Of a DNA stretch of 64,000 nucleotides, positions 37,378 through 50,400 are shown piece by piece (the first letter of the stretch is position 1; every line of letters begins with the position of its first letter). The DNA comes from Anthoceros angustus. Taxonomy: Eukaryota > Plantae > Anthocerotophyta. The notes under the pieces were generated by a model. It was not told where the DNA came from and did not search any database. It saw only the letters and a program-made list of their open reading frames with translations. A program made the position numbers and the translations under genes. The stretch is from the NCBI GenBank assembly GCA_010909165.1, contig MU008166.1, positions 1,240,001 to 1,304,000 on the forward strand, written 5' to 3'.

Positions 37378-40300
37378 TCTCAACCTCACAACACGGACTA
37401 GGCTCCAAGTAGCCCGCCGTCCACTGACGACTCGCAGGCCACCTCCTCGAGGTGCTGCTCTTTATTACAAGAATACAACGATGGAATCTGGCTATCTACG
37501 CCCAACTCACACGCCTTGATTCCATGACAAGCTCACTAGCTAGCTCTCCACAGCTCTCTCAACACAAGGCTTGCGCACTTCTTGCCTCGCTCTCTCAAAG
37601 AGTGAGTCCCACTTGTAACTTGTTCCTCAAAGCCCTTGTTCTAGCCCTTATATATCCATGACTGACCTTAACTAGGCATTTGTTAAATCTAGGGATTCTT
37701 ACGGACCACTAATCACTAAGAGTCCTCTCTAGGCAGCTCTTCATTTGTGGTCAGCAATTCCTCTCTAACAAGAGATTGCATGAAGCATGCAACACATGCA
37801 TCTTCTTAACAGGACTACTAACTTAGCTTTTACCTTTTCAACTTTTCACCTTTCTACCTTGTTTCACCAATGTCACATTCTCCCCATCGGAAGATGTCAT
37901 TGTCCTCAATGACCTCCAAAGGTAACGCGAGATCATCCATGATCCTTGTTGCACATCTTCAAGTGAAACCCAGATCTCGTGATAACCACGAAGCCTTACG
38001 GATACTCGGTACATTACCACAGAGGGCACTTCTCTCTCGCCAGAATTCAACAATTTCCATGAGACCATGATTGTGTTGAACCAGGATGACATAATCCTTC
38101 CTGTTCATATCTTCATTCTCTTTCGAAATCACAAATGGTTTCAGCAAAGAGACATGAAACACATTATGAGAGAAGATCCATTCAGGCAACTGTAGTTTGT
38201 AAGCCACATTTCCAATGCGCTTCAGAACTACGAAAGGTCCTCCATACTTAGGCCTTAACTTTGAGGTCAGCCCTTGTGGTAGTGGGAAATTCTTCAATTT
38301 CACCCACACCTTGTCTCCTACTTGAAACTCTGCCTCTTGCCTGTGCCTGTCAGCAAACTTCTTTTGCCTGTCCTGAGCCTTGGCCAATATCTTCTTAGCA
38401 ACTTCATGCAGCCCTTAAGCGCTCAATGAATTCACGTGGTTCTCTGTGCCTCTCAAACACGCTAGCATTCAACATGGAAACTACGTCCATTGCTTCACAT
38501 CATCCGAAAAGGTGTGTAGCCCTGGAGCTATGTACGGTGTTATTATAACAAAATTACGCATCCTCAAGATGATTACTCCGGCCTACCGGTCCATCCGTAT
38601 AGTGTCGTAAGTATTCTTCTTGGATGCTCACCCTCTGTTGATCCATCTATCGGTGGTACGTGCTCATACATAATTGCACTCCTAAGCTCTTCATAAGTGC
38701 TACAAACTCGCAGAACTGGGATCTCGCCACAACTGCATAGGCGTCCATGTAACACATATACATGCTTCTTGAACAATGAGCAACTTGAGCTTTCACCGCT
38801 TCAGTAGGGATGAAGTGTGCTTGCTTGAATCTATCAACCACATCATGATAGTGTGTCCATTATCGGGCAATGGCATAATGAAATCCATTGATATACTTTT
38901 CCAAGGCCCACTTGGAATAGGGGTTGCAACAAACCTCGGATTTGTCTCCACCTTATCCTCGCCGATACCACACAAGACTTAACATACTCAACAAGATGCT
39001 TGTACATTCCAGCCAAAAATGCCTTTCTCAACTTCTCATAAGTTGGGTCAATTCCTCTATGACCGTGACTTGGCACATCATGACACTGCAAGCAACTTCC
39101 TTCTCAACACATGAGAATCGTGAATCACAATCTGTTTTGCTTGAACATCAACAAGCCATTTCTAAGCTTAAACTTAGATCCGGTTGCTCCACTTCATTGA
39201 TCCAATCCGATTAATGGATCTCGCGGATAAGCTTCCTTGATCTGCGTGTGAGTGTCCTTGGCTCAATCACCATCTTGGCTCTCGAGCTCGCGGCCTCTGC
39301 TGCGCTCCTCGATTTCTTCGGAAATTTCCTCTTGAATTGCCTCTTGTAATTCCATTTCCGATGTCCTTAGCTCCTCTGACACTACTAGAGCTTCCTCTAG
39401 TCCGGGCATACCACCTGCACGCCTCGAAATCTTGGAGGAGTTGGATGTACTAAGATGGAAAGTATCTTGAATGGCATCTGCTGTAATGGCCTCGCCAATG
39501 TAGTTGGACTATGCAACTCAATTCTGCTAGCACCCAATCCTTCAAACCAAATGCCCATGCGCTTTGTCATCTTCACTCATGGTAGTGGTTGCATGACTTT
39601 CATCAAGGTACTTACATAATCTCGACAAGACTGCTTGCTTGATATTGTCAAGCTTGTACTTAGACGCAAGCCTGTTGGAACCGCTTCTTGAGGGCTTCTT
39701 TGAAGGATGCCCACCGTGATGGTATGTGCCTTACTGGGCAACATTAGCACCATAACCGCCACTGCACCAAAGCATAGCCCTTTAAAAATTGCCAACAAGA
39801 CCTAAGTAGTACTCGGCTCAACACGGATGAGGCGAGATAAGTCTCAATAGAATAGATCCAAGAATCAATGACTTGCGGATCTCTTTCTCCCTCATACTTA
39901 TCTGGTAGGGCTAGCTTCATGCTCGATTTGAGCCACTTTGAAGATGCTCACGAATTCCGGAAGATTTCTTGTTGTTCTTCCGCATCTTCGCCTTGTTGAG
40001 TGGGCCTGGATTCTTCTTTGTCTTCTTCCTTGAAGTCATTACATCGTCAAGACACACGGAAGAACTTGATAAAGTACTTCCACCATCCGTTCTTCAGTCC
40101 TCGACTTCTCCGGATGGGCTGCTGTGCTCTCGGTAGCTCTCACTTCCTCTTGTTCTGACGATGATGAATCTTTAGGCGGTTGAGGCGGATGATCGGAGAC
40201 CGCCGCTTCTTCACCTCTCCTTACGCTTCTCATTGACCATCTTGTGCACTCTCTAGTCACTCGGAGGAATGGACTACGCCCGATACCACTCAAGTAACAC

Positions 40301-40867
40301 CCCTCATCGGAAGGAAGCGTCAAGTCTTGGCTTCCCAGTCTAGGACCTCGCCAATTCACTCCACAAGAGACTTGCACGATTCTCAACGCCTCAACCTCAC
40401 AACACGGACTAGGCTCCAAGTAGCCCGTCCACGGCTCATGAGCCACCTCCTCGAGGTGCCGCTCTTATTACAAGAATACAACGATGGAATCGGCTATCTC
40501 GCCCAACCGGCTCGCCTTGATTCCATGACAAGCTCACTAGCTAGCTCTCCATGCCTCTCAACACAAGGCTTGTGCGCTGCTGCTCTCTCAAAGAGTGAGT
40601 CCCACTTGTAACTTGTTCCTCAAAGCCCTTGCTCTAGCCCTTATATATCCCGCCCGACCTTAACTAAATTAAATCTAGGGATTCTTACGGACCACTAATC
40701 ACTAAGAGTCCTCTCTAGGCAGCTCTTCATTTGTGGCTGTAGCAATTCCTCTCTAACAAGAGATTGCATGAAGCATGCAACACATGCATCTTCTTAACAG
40801 GGCAGCTACTAACTTAGCTTTTTACCTTTTTCAACTTTTCACCTTTCTACCTTATTTCATCAGTGTC
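37378..40867 (-). mobile_element. Ty3/Gypsy LTR retrotransposon, internally deleted (gag + integrase remnants, no protease/RT/RNase H seen)
   Basis: LTRs ~37378-37877 and ~40293-40867; degenerate iMet PBS (TGGTATC, 40282-40288); PPT 37878-37888; integrase motifs [38 protein letters not shown]; GTTAC direct repeat at both flanks. Confidence 0.9.
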
Positions 40868-43800
40868 GTTACTCTTTCCCAATATATCTCCATCTATTCC
40901 CCCACTAGGAAAAGGAAAAAGGGAAGCGTGATTTGACTGGATCACACTGTGTATTATATGCATGACTCTGGCGGCCATGTTGCTCGGACAGGACGACAGC
41001 GCGGTCACACCAGCCGCATCGGTTTCGCAGGTGGGATGGGCAGGCTCGTCGTCCCCGGCCTGCTTCTGTGTCTAGTGATAGCCACCGGCTTTATTTCAAG
41101 CAGCCACGCTACCCCGGAAGAAGGTGGGGGGTCAGTGCTGGATGCGTGCCAGTTTAAATCTGCCAGGGAGCTCTTCCTCTGAGCCGTCTTGTTTGTCCAT
41201 CAGGTGATACGTTGATTTCGATTCTCCGGCAATGGGATGCCTCGTTCCCTACCTGGGTGCCTGGCGCGGATCCTTGCCAGCTGCCGGTGTGGGAGAACGT
41301 GACCTGCGACCAGAATGGATTCGTCGTGGAGCTGTAATGAACGTTTGCCTTGCCCTGATATGAGAGCCGCCTTATGGGTCTTGGGTGATCGTGTGTTTGT
41401 CGGTCTGTCGATGTGCAGGAAAGTTAGCAACAGGAATATCATGGGGCCGCTGCCGCCGGAGATCGGCGACCTGGTGCACTTGCAGGTGCTGGATGTGAGC
41501 AACAACGGGGGCACCAACAAGAACATGTTCACAGGGGCCATTCCGGACTCGCTCTCCAAGCTCACGTCCCTCTGGTCGCTGTGAGACGCTTTCCTTTCAT
41601 GCCAGTATACTTTGTGGCTGCAGCTGCAGGAGTACTAGGGGGCTGAATCGTGATCTGAACCGGTGCGGATCTGCGGAATGCTCTGCAGGAATCTGAGTAC
41701 GATCGGCTGGAACTCGAGCTTTCCGCAAGTGGTCACCACTCTTCCCAACCTGGAGGAGCTGTGAGTTCAATACTTCACTTCGTTGAGATCACTGCATCCT
41801 GGTTGCCTGTGCAGATTGCATCTGATGCTACGTAGCGCTGGTTTAATGTTGTACATACTCACCTATTTGTGCAGCTTCATCAGTGAGGCGAACTTAGTCG
41901 GACCCTTGCCACCCAAGCTTTTCACGGATCTCAAGAAGCTTCGGACTTTGTGAGCATTATCCCTCGCAAGAACGATGTCTCATCACCTGGCTCACGCATT
42001 TGATTCTCACTGTCAGGTGATTCATGGATTTGCTTGAGCAGGTACATCGGGGGTAACAACCTTGCGGCCAACTTGAAAGATTTCGCCTCCCTCACGACGC
42101 TTACTGAACTGTATGGCAACTCTTCTTCCGTTGCTCAACTGCTTTTCTTGACGATTTCGGCTTGCATCTACTTGACATCTTTCTATATTCTCTCAGGTCA
42201 TTTTCAGGCAGCATTTTGAACCAAACACTGCCTCCAGAGCTTGCCAGCCTCACCCAATTGACGTACCTGTAAGCTGCGGTCTCTCCAGCAAGGGATTTCT
42301 GGCTCAAGATGTCTTTGTTTCGATCAGTCCCGACTGCAGTAACCCTGATCTCCGGACCACTTGCAGGAACTTGCAAGATTCGGCTCTTTTCGGCGGCCTC
42401 CCAGAAGCCTTTGGCAATTTGACAAACTTGAATAACCTGTGAGTGAATGTGGTGGCACTTCATGTTGTAGTGCAATTACCACTGCGCATGGATTTTCGGA
42501 ATTTCGTCCGGTCAGTGTGGACTGGAACCAAGGGACAGTTTGTGAGCATTCCTTTCTAAACGCAGGCAGCTGGACGACAACCTGTTGACGGGACGCATTC
42601 CCGAATCTTGGAGGGCATTGACAAACTTGTCAACATTGTGAGTTTCCCCTGACAACATGTCCGGGGCTGATGCCCTGTCTTGCATTAATCATTTTTCATT
42701 TGGATTGCGCAAAGCTCCTAAGAATCGATGTATTTATCGTGGACACAAATGCGCAGACGGATGGACTCCAATTCCCTGACTGGAGAATTTCAGTTGTGGT
42801 TGCTCACAGACTTGCCAGACCTACAAAACCTGTAAGTATTGTCACTACAGTTCCCGTCATTGCACTTCATTGGGAAGCATGAGCATGAGCATTACTGTCT
42901 GACCTGGTTTGTCATCTGCCTGCGATCTCCCGCAGAATGTTGACTGGAAGCAACCATTTTGGCCCAATGCCCGGCGCAGATCTATTTGCCAAGTTCAATG
43001 ATCTGTGAGCTGTTCAGATCCTGCTACCGATCGCAAGTTGGCTTTATTGCAGAACTCCGTTGCAGGAATGATATAAACTTCTGTGGGTTCCTGTATCATG
43101 CAGGCGTTTTGACTGCAATTACTTCAACGGCACCGATCCCTTCCCAGACGCGTGCGTGCATCTTGCAGCAGCTGCCAGCTGTTTCCGGACCAAGTTTCTG
43201 TGTCCTGTGTTAAAGCTCCTCGAAGTTATCCATCTAAACGTGCTTCGTGTGATCCTTGGCAGGCCGTCTGGTTACAAGTACCGAACGAAGACCAATTGTT
43301 ACGATGGATCGTCTGCAGCCGACCTGCAGAAGATAATCACACAGTGTAAAAAGACAGAGGACTGCCCGACGTTTAAAGCCGAGGTCATTCTAGGCCACAA
43401 ATGTCCTCCTTGCCCTGCATTTCAGTATGTTAGAAAAGGGAACCCCATCACCAATCCTTGCGTCTGTGGTTTTGGAGGAGGTGACGAGCAATCCATCAGC
43501 TAGCCTTGTTTTCCTGTTTTCCGATCTCCTGATTGGACCACGGTTGCAGGCCTGCCAGCTAACCGTGATCATGCCATCTCTTAGGCCCGAAGCATCCGAG
43601 CAAGGCAGTTCCAAGTGGTGCTGTGGTCGGCGGTGTCTTGGGATTGCTGGCTGTCTTCTGCGTTATTGTGGGGTACATCCTGTGGAAGCGAAGGGAGCAT
43701 TTCTCATTCCTAGACAAATTCAAAGTGAAGAGGGAGGAAGGTCAGGAACTTTTCTGCTGCTGTCCCCGGCCACATCATCCTGTCGGTTGGTCGCAGTCCT

Positions 43801-44465
43801 CTGAATCTGCGCGTATCGCTGTGGAACAGTTCGTGGTGACTGGGAGATTCCCGCAGGCGTACAGAGGTTCAGTGCTGAGGAACTTGCCAAAATCACAGAC
43901 AACTTTGGTGATTCTCACGTCATCGGTGCTGGAGGGTTTGGCAAAGTCTTTTTTGGGCAACTGGATGATGGCAGGGCTGTGGCAATTAAGTGTGCTTCTC
44001 TCACGAGCTTGCAGGGAGCTACGGAATTCAGGAACGAAATTACATTGCTAAGTAGGTTGCACCATCGTCACCTTGTCCGACTGGAAGGCTTCTGTGAAGA
44101 GGCGGACCTTCAGGTGAGCCTTCTTCCTTCTTCGCTATGCCTATAAATCCCTTTGCAAGAGTTTGCAAATGATGTACAATTCCTGATACTACTGGGCTTG
44201 CGTGGTGCAGGTACTGGTGTATGAGTTCATGAAGAAGGGCAACCTGCATTCCCATCTTCTCGGTAGGTCAATGTTTAGGGCTAATTGGCAGCATTGCTTG
44301 TGATACAGTGATGTTGTTCCTAACGTTTAGCTGTGATGCAGGCAAGATCACCAGTACACCCTTCATTGGTACAATAGGTTGGAGATCGCTGTCGGAGTTG
44401 CGCAAGGCCTAGAGTACCTCCATTCTTTGGCGGTACATATGACTTGCTGTTTCAGATGTAAGGAG

Positions 44466-47400
44466 TGTTTGGGATGTGAAAGCAGGAGAAGAGAGCATAA
44501 AGCAATTGTTGAATATGAGAATGAATACAAAAAGAGTTTAATAAAGTATACATATGAGCCTATACTAGGCTAGGCACCCTTTCATCTAAACAACCCTAAT
44601 ATAAACTACCTAAACATAATTAACCTGTGGGAATTAACGGCGAGTCGTTAACCGAACACCTCCCTTAAGCGCAGTGGGAGTGAAGGCGGGCGGCGAGACC
44701 TCGTGAGACGGTGGAGGACGATCACAAGGAGGATGCAGGCTCGGGGCACTCATCACTGTAGGGACGTGAGGTGGAAACGATGGAGCCTGCTATAAACCTG
44801 GCAATAGCGTATGCTACGCTCCTCGCTGTCATATTTGCTGGAATCCAAGCTGTGAGCGCGATTCTTCTGCACGATGCCTCCAAGTGAGTCCAAGCGGCGC
44901 GGGAGCAGAGCTCGGAAAAAGAAGCTGCCCAAGCAGCAACCTGCTGAAGAAGAGTGGGACGAAACCCACGTGGTCGGCACCAGTCTGAGGGTTGGAGGGT
45001 GGAAGGTGCTCTTCAATGTCAAGATGTGCTGGGCAAGGCCAGCGAGGGAAGGGGAGGTACCAGAGGACACAGGAGACGAGGAGAACCTACTGAAACCTCT
45101 GCAGGAAGCACAAAGGCTGCTTGACCTGTTGAAATTTCGGCAGGAGGAAGAGAGGAGACGGCACAGTCCAGGTGATTAGACTTTCGTTGAGCTTCATCCA
45201 CATGCATGTGTAGGCTGACCGCTGACGCCTGTGACAGTGCTAACCCCTCCACATCCACTGGAGGTACTTGACCATGAAGGCAGGCGGGGATCAGCAACAT
45301 CACAAATCTGAGGCTCGAGGCCTCACCCGTAAGTTCCTCTCCATCCTATTATGGATTGGGCCTGAAATATGGCTGATAATCAATAAGCCCTAGGCCTTCC
45401 ATGTGTTTCTGGTGCTTATCCTTAGGCAAGGCCTTCGTTAAGATGTCGTGTGTTATTATCTGTGGGGACATAGAGGATTTTCACTAACCCCCTCTCAGCA
45501 ACATCTCTAACGTAGTGGTGATGTACCTCGATATGTTTCGTCCGAGCATGGAAGCGAGGATTGGCGGCAGGCGATGGCGATTGGTTGTCACGAGCGGTGA
45601 GTTGGTCTGTTGTCTGCGCTGTCATGTAGGAAAGACCGCTCCCATTCAACCTCCTTTGTAGCATCCGTCAAGGATTTGTACTCAGCTTCTGTACTTGACA
45701 GGGCAATGCTAGTCTGCTTCTTACAGCTCCAGTTAATGGTGGCCTGTGCTAGAAGAAAGACATATGTGGAGAGACTCTTGCGGCTATCACTGTCCGAGGC
45801 CCAGTCTGCATCCGTGTACCCCTCGAGCACAAGGTGAGACTGTCCAGTATGCTTGTAGCATAAGCCAACATAATGTGTGCCTTTTAGATAGCGGAAAATT
45901 CTTTTCACTGGCCTGGCACGCCGGATTGTCGAGGAATTGTGAGGCGGTACTAACTGAATGTTGAACGTCAGGCCTTGTCCAGTTGCTAACAAATATTAGG
46001 CTACCGATAGCCTGGCGATATGGAACATCAAGCATTTCTTGCTTGTCAGCATCTATGGAAGGAGACTCATACCTTGTAAGCTTGGTCCCAACAGCGACTG
46101 GAGTAGAGGCAGGATGGGCCTGTCCCATGTTAAAACGATGTAAGATTTCAGCTATGTACTTATGCTGGTGAATAATCAGCATGCCTTCAGATCTATCCCT
46201 GAGGACCTGTATTCCCAAACAGAATAACAGGTCACCACTGTCCGTCATTTCAAATGTGTTTCTTAAAAGTGTCTTGACATGTGACAGGATGGTAGGGTTG
46301 CTGGCTGCGAGTATCACATCGTCAACATAGAGTGCAAGTATAACATAAGCTGAGCCATCTCGAAACAGATAGACGTTCGAGTCAGCTTTGCACTGTTTGA
46401 AGCCAAGATTCTTCAGGGCAGTATCACATCTTTTATACCATCGTTCTGCACTTTGTTTCAAGCCATAAAGGCACTTGATTAATAGGCAAACGTGGTCAGG
46501 ATGTGCAGAGTCAACGTAGCCTTCTGGCTGCTCCATGTACAATTCCTCTTCGAGGATCCCATGAAGGAAAGCCGTGCAAACATCCATCTGCTGTAACTCA
46601 AGGTCATATTCTGCTGCAAGGGCCAAAATAATTCGGATAGATTGAGCACGCAACGGGGGAGAAGGTTTCCTGGTAATCTAAACCTGCAACTTGGGTGAAC
46701 CCCCTGGCGCACAACCTTGCTTTGTAGCGAGCAATATGTCCTTGTGCATTAAGTTTGTGTTTAAATACCCACTTACAAGTGATTGCCTTTCGTTTTGCAG
46801 GTCTGGGTACTAAACGCCATGTACCATTTTTCATCAAGTCATTGTCGCCATCGACAAACTTCCATTCTCTTTATGCGGTCCGATGGCGCTTACGGAGAGA
46901 AGTCGGCTCGGAGGATGTCTGAGGTGCGAAGGTCAAGCGACATGTCGTCTCAAAATCAATGCTCGCATATGGTGGTTCCCTCCATTCAGAAGGCGGAGGT
47001 CTATGTCTGGAGGAACGGCGAGGGCCTGCATCCTCGGGATCTCGGGCTGTGCCAGTTAGGTCCGGGCCGAGGAGGCTCATCGTCCTCGGAAGATATAAAA
47101 TCCAACACTGGATCAAGATGATTTCCAAGATCTAAATCAACATCTAAATTTCCGATCACATTCATCTTGATCAGGGCCTAACATATCAATGTCTGCTGCA
47201 GGTGCAAGAGGATCTGGCTGATCATTATTATTACCACCAGCAGCAGGGCCTGGAATAACAGGAGGTAATCCTGGATTAGCTGGAGCGGGTCCTGGAATGA
47301 CTGTAGGTGGATTAGGTAAGTGTCCATCAGCGTCCATAGGATACGAAGATAAGGGACCCGTGTGTCCTCGAGAAAAGCATCTTCATAGTCATCAAACTGC

Positions 47401-50400
47401 TCAAAAGGATCAGAAGATTCGTCTCTCAAGGGAGCAGATTGCAAGGGCTCTAAGAAGGTAACACTCCTCGCAAGGACAGGTTGCTTGGAAATGGGGTCAA
47501 TTAACTTGTATGCCTTCATTTATTTGTAACCTACGAATATAAGGCGTTTTGAGCGATTGTCTAACTTCCGTCTTTTGTCCTCATGTATGTAAGCATAGGC
47601 CTTGGAGCCAAAATCCTAAGATGAAGGAGGCTAGGCTTACGCCGAACAACTCGAATGGTGTTGTGTTGGGGACAATGGAAGTACTCGGCAACTGCTCGAT
47701 GTATGTTGAGGTGACAACTGCCTCTGCCCAATAAGGGGATGGGAGGCCCGACCATAGCAACATGGCTCGGGTCATACCCATCAAGGTCTGGTTCTTCCTT
47801 TCTGCAACGCCATTTTGTTGCTGCGTATAAGGTACGATTAGCTGGTGAATAATTCCTTGAGTAGAGAAGAGGGTTGCAAAGGACTGATTCACGAATTCTG
47901 TCCCATTGTCAGATCTAAACATCTTAAGGAGGCAGCCTGTTTGGCGCTGCACCGTGATCAGCCACTCTTGAAAGATAGGGAAAGTCTCATTTTCCTCTTC
48001 ATAGGGAATGTCCAGTGTACCTTGTATAGTCATCTAATGGTGAAATAATAGCCCCTCAAGTGAGGAAACTGGCGGCGGATATGTCGATGCACAGATACTA
48101 GGGGTTGAGAGGATATGTGAGCGGGACCCGTCGGAAAGGTTGCTCCTTCCGCTTAGCAAGGGCATGTTTCACATAGGGGAGCTCCTTTAGGTGGACGGTG
48201 AGGCTCACGATAGCAATCACTAGTACTAAGGGATGCTAACGACTTGCGATTTAGATGTCCAAGCCGTGCATGCGGAGAATAGATTCTTTGTTTGAAAGGT
48301 TTCTGCACTTGTAGAGTTAGCTTAATTTGTTTGTCAGAAGAAAAGTCCACTGTAGAGATCATGCTCGGTAGAGCCTTAAACACGCATCTGAGGGTGAGTC
48401 CTTTCGAGAGAAGCACAGGAGCCATCCTGGGTAGTAAAACTCGAGCTTAAGCGGTACTTAAGGAGAGGAGGTTCTTAGCCATACTAGGAACATATAAGAC
48501 CTCTGTCGGGATTAAAGTAGACCCATCACTCACCAAGCAGGTGAGCCTTGTCCTAAGATCTGCAGACTAGTGGTATTACGCTCATCACCTAAGTACACTC
48601 TGCCTATAGTAGGCGAAGGAGTAAGGGATGTGAAGAGGGACTCATCCCGACATATGTGGGGTGGCCAATCAGTACCAGTGCATCCCTGTTAAGGTAGACA
48701 AATGCGCTAGGATTTTGACCATGGGTTTGTTGGAATCTGCAGGCTTGTCTCGACAATGGCGAGAACGGAAGGCTTGCGAGGCTCCCGGCCTTCTTTTCCT
48801 ACATTCATTCGCCCAATGACCGGGTTTGCCGCGCAATTGCAATTACCGGTCGTTTTATAGAAGGGCTGCCTCATGGCGTTGGCCTTCATTTACTGTTGCC
48901 TCAGTTGGAAAGTCATGTCGCGTTTTATCTCTTTGTACTCGCCCACGGAAGGTCGGCCTCATCGACTTTGGCTTTTCAGACCGACATGAGCACCTTTGCT
49001 CTTCACGGAAGAGTGCACCTATCACCTCGTCTAAGGTGATTTGAATCATCTCCGGCGGCATGGCGGCCATAGCACATCGGATGGGGACATTATGGGCGAA
49101 TCTGAAATTTTGATAAGCGGGTGGCGGTGGTGAGCAATTGAGCTATCCGTCCACCTCGTCCATCCACGGTACCAAGTGAGGTAAGTTGAGCTTGAAGGTG
49201 TCTAAGCTTCTTTGGTGTGAGCAAGAACTTTGTCTCCTTCTCGCATTTTCAATCCATAGAACTCCATACGCAGTATGCAGTGTGAGGGCGTTATTAATCT
49301 TGTCTTGGCTTTCCAATTGTGACCCGGATCTCACGGCTTTGGTGAGGAACTCAATTTGAGGGATAAGGTCCTCGGTCGGGCCGAGAAACAAGGAGAGCGA
49401 TTCCAACAGTTGGAATGTGACCATTTTGTCTTTATCTCGGGGAGGTGAGGGCGGTTCGGGGATAGAACCATCGACAATGCCCGGACTCCTCGAGCCAACA
49501 ACGTCAACTTCATCCGCACTCTCCACACCTCGTGCCGCCATTAAATCATCTTTTCCTTGAGTTCGGATGTAAAAGCGATTGTCTAACTTCCGTCTTTTGT
49601 CCTCATGTATGTAAGCATAGGCCTTGGAGCCAAAATCCTAAGATGAAGGAGGCTAGGCTTACGCTTCACAACTCGAATGGTGTTGTGTTGGGGACAATGG
49701 AAGTACTCGGCAATCTGTTGATGTATATGAGGTGACAACCGCCTACCAATAAGGGGATGGGAGGCCCGACCATAGCAACATGGGTCATACCCATCAAGGT
49801 CCAGTTCTTCCTTTACGCAACGCCATTTTGTTCTTGCGTATAAAGATACGATTAGGTGGTGAATAATTCCTTGAGTAGAAGAGGGTTGCAAAGGAGATTC
49901 ATTCATTGTCGATCTAAACATCTTAAGGAGGCAGCTTTGGCGCCGTGATCGACCACTCTTGAAAGATAGGAAAGTCTCATTTTCCTCTTCATAGGGAATG
50001 TCCAGTGTACCTTGTATAGTCATCTAATGGTGAAATAATAGTCACCTCAAGTGAGGAAACTGGCGGCGGATATGTGCACCGATGCTAGGGGTTGAGAGGA
50101 TATGGCGGGACCGTCGGAAAGGTTGCTCCCATACATTTAGCAAGGGCACGGGTTTCACATAGGGGAGCTCCTTTAGGTGGTGAGGCTCACGATAGCAATC
50201 ACTAGTACTAAGGGATGCTAACGACTTGCGATTTAGATGTCCAAGCCGTGCATGCGGAGAATAGATTCTTTGTTTGAAAGGTTTCCCGCACTTGTAGAGT
50301 TAGCTTGCTTTCTTTTGCTGCAAGACAGGTAAAGTCCAACTGTAGAGATCATGCTCGGTAGAGCCTTAAACACGCATCTGAGGGTGAGTCCTTTCGAGAG

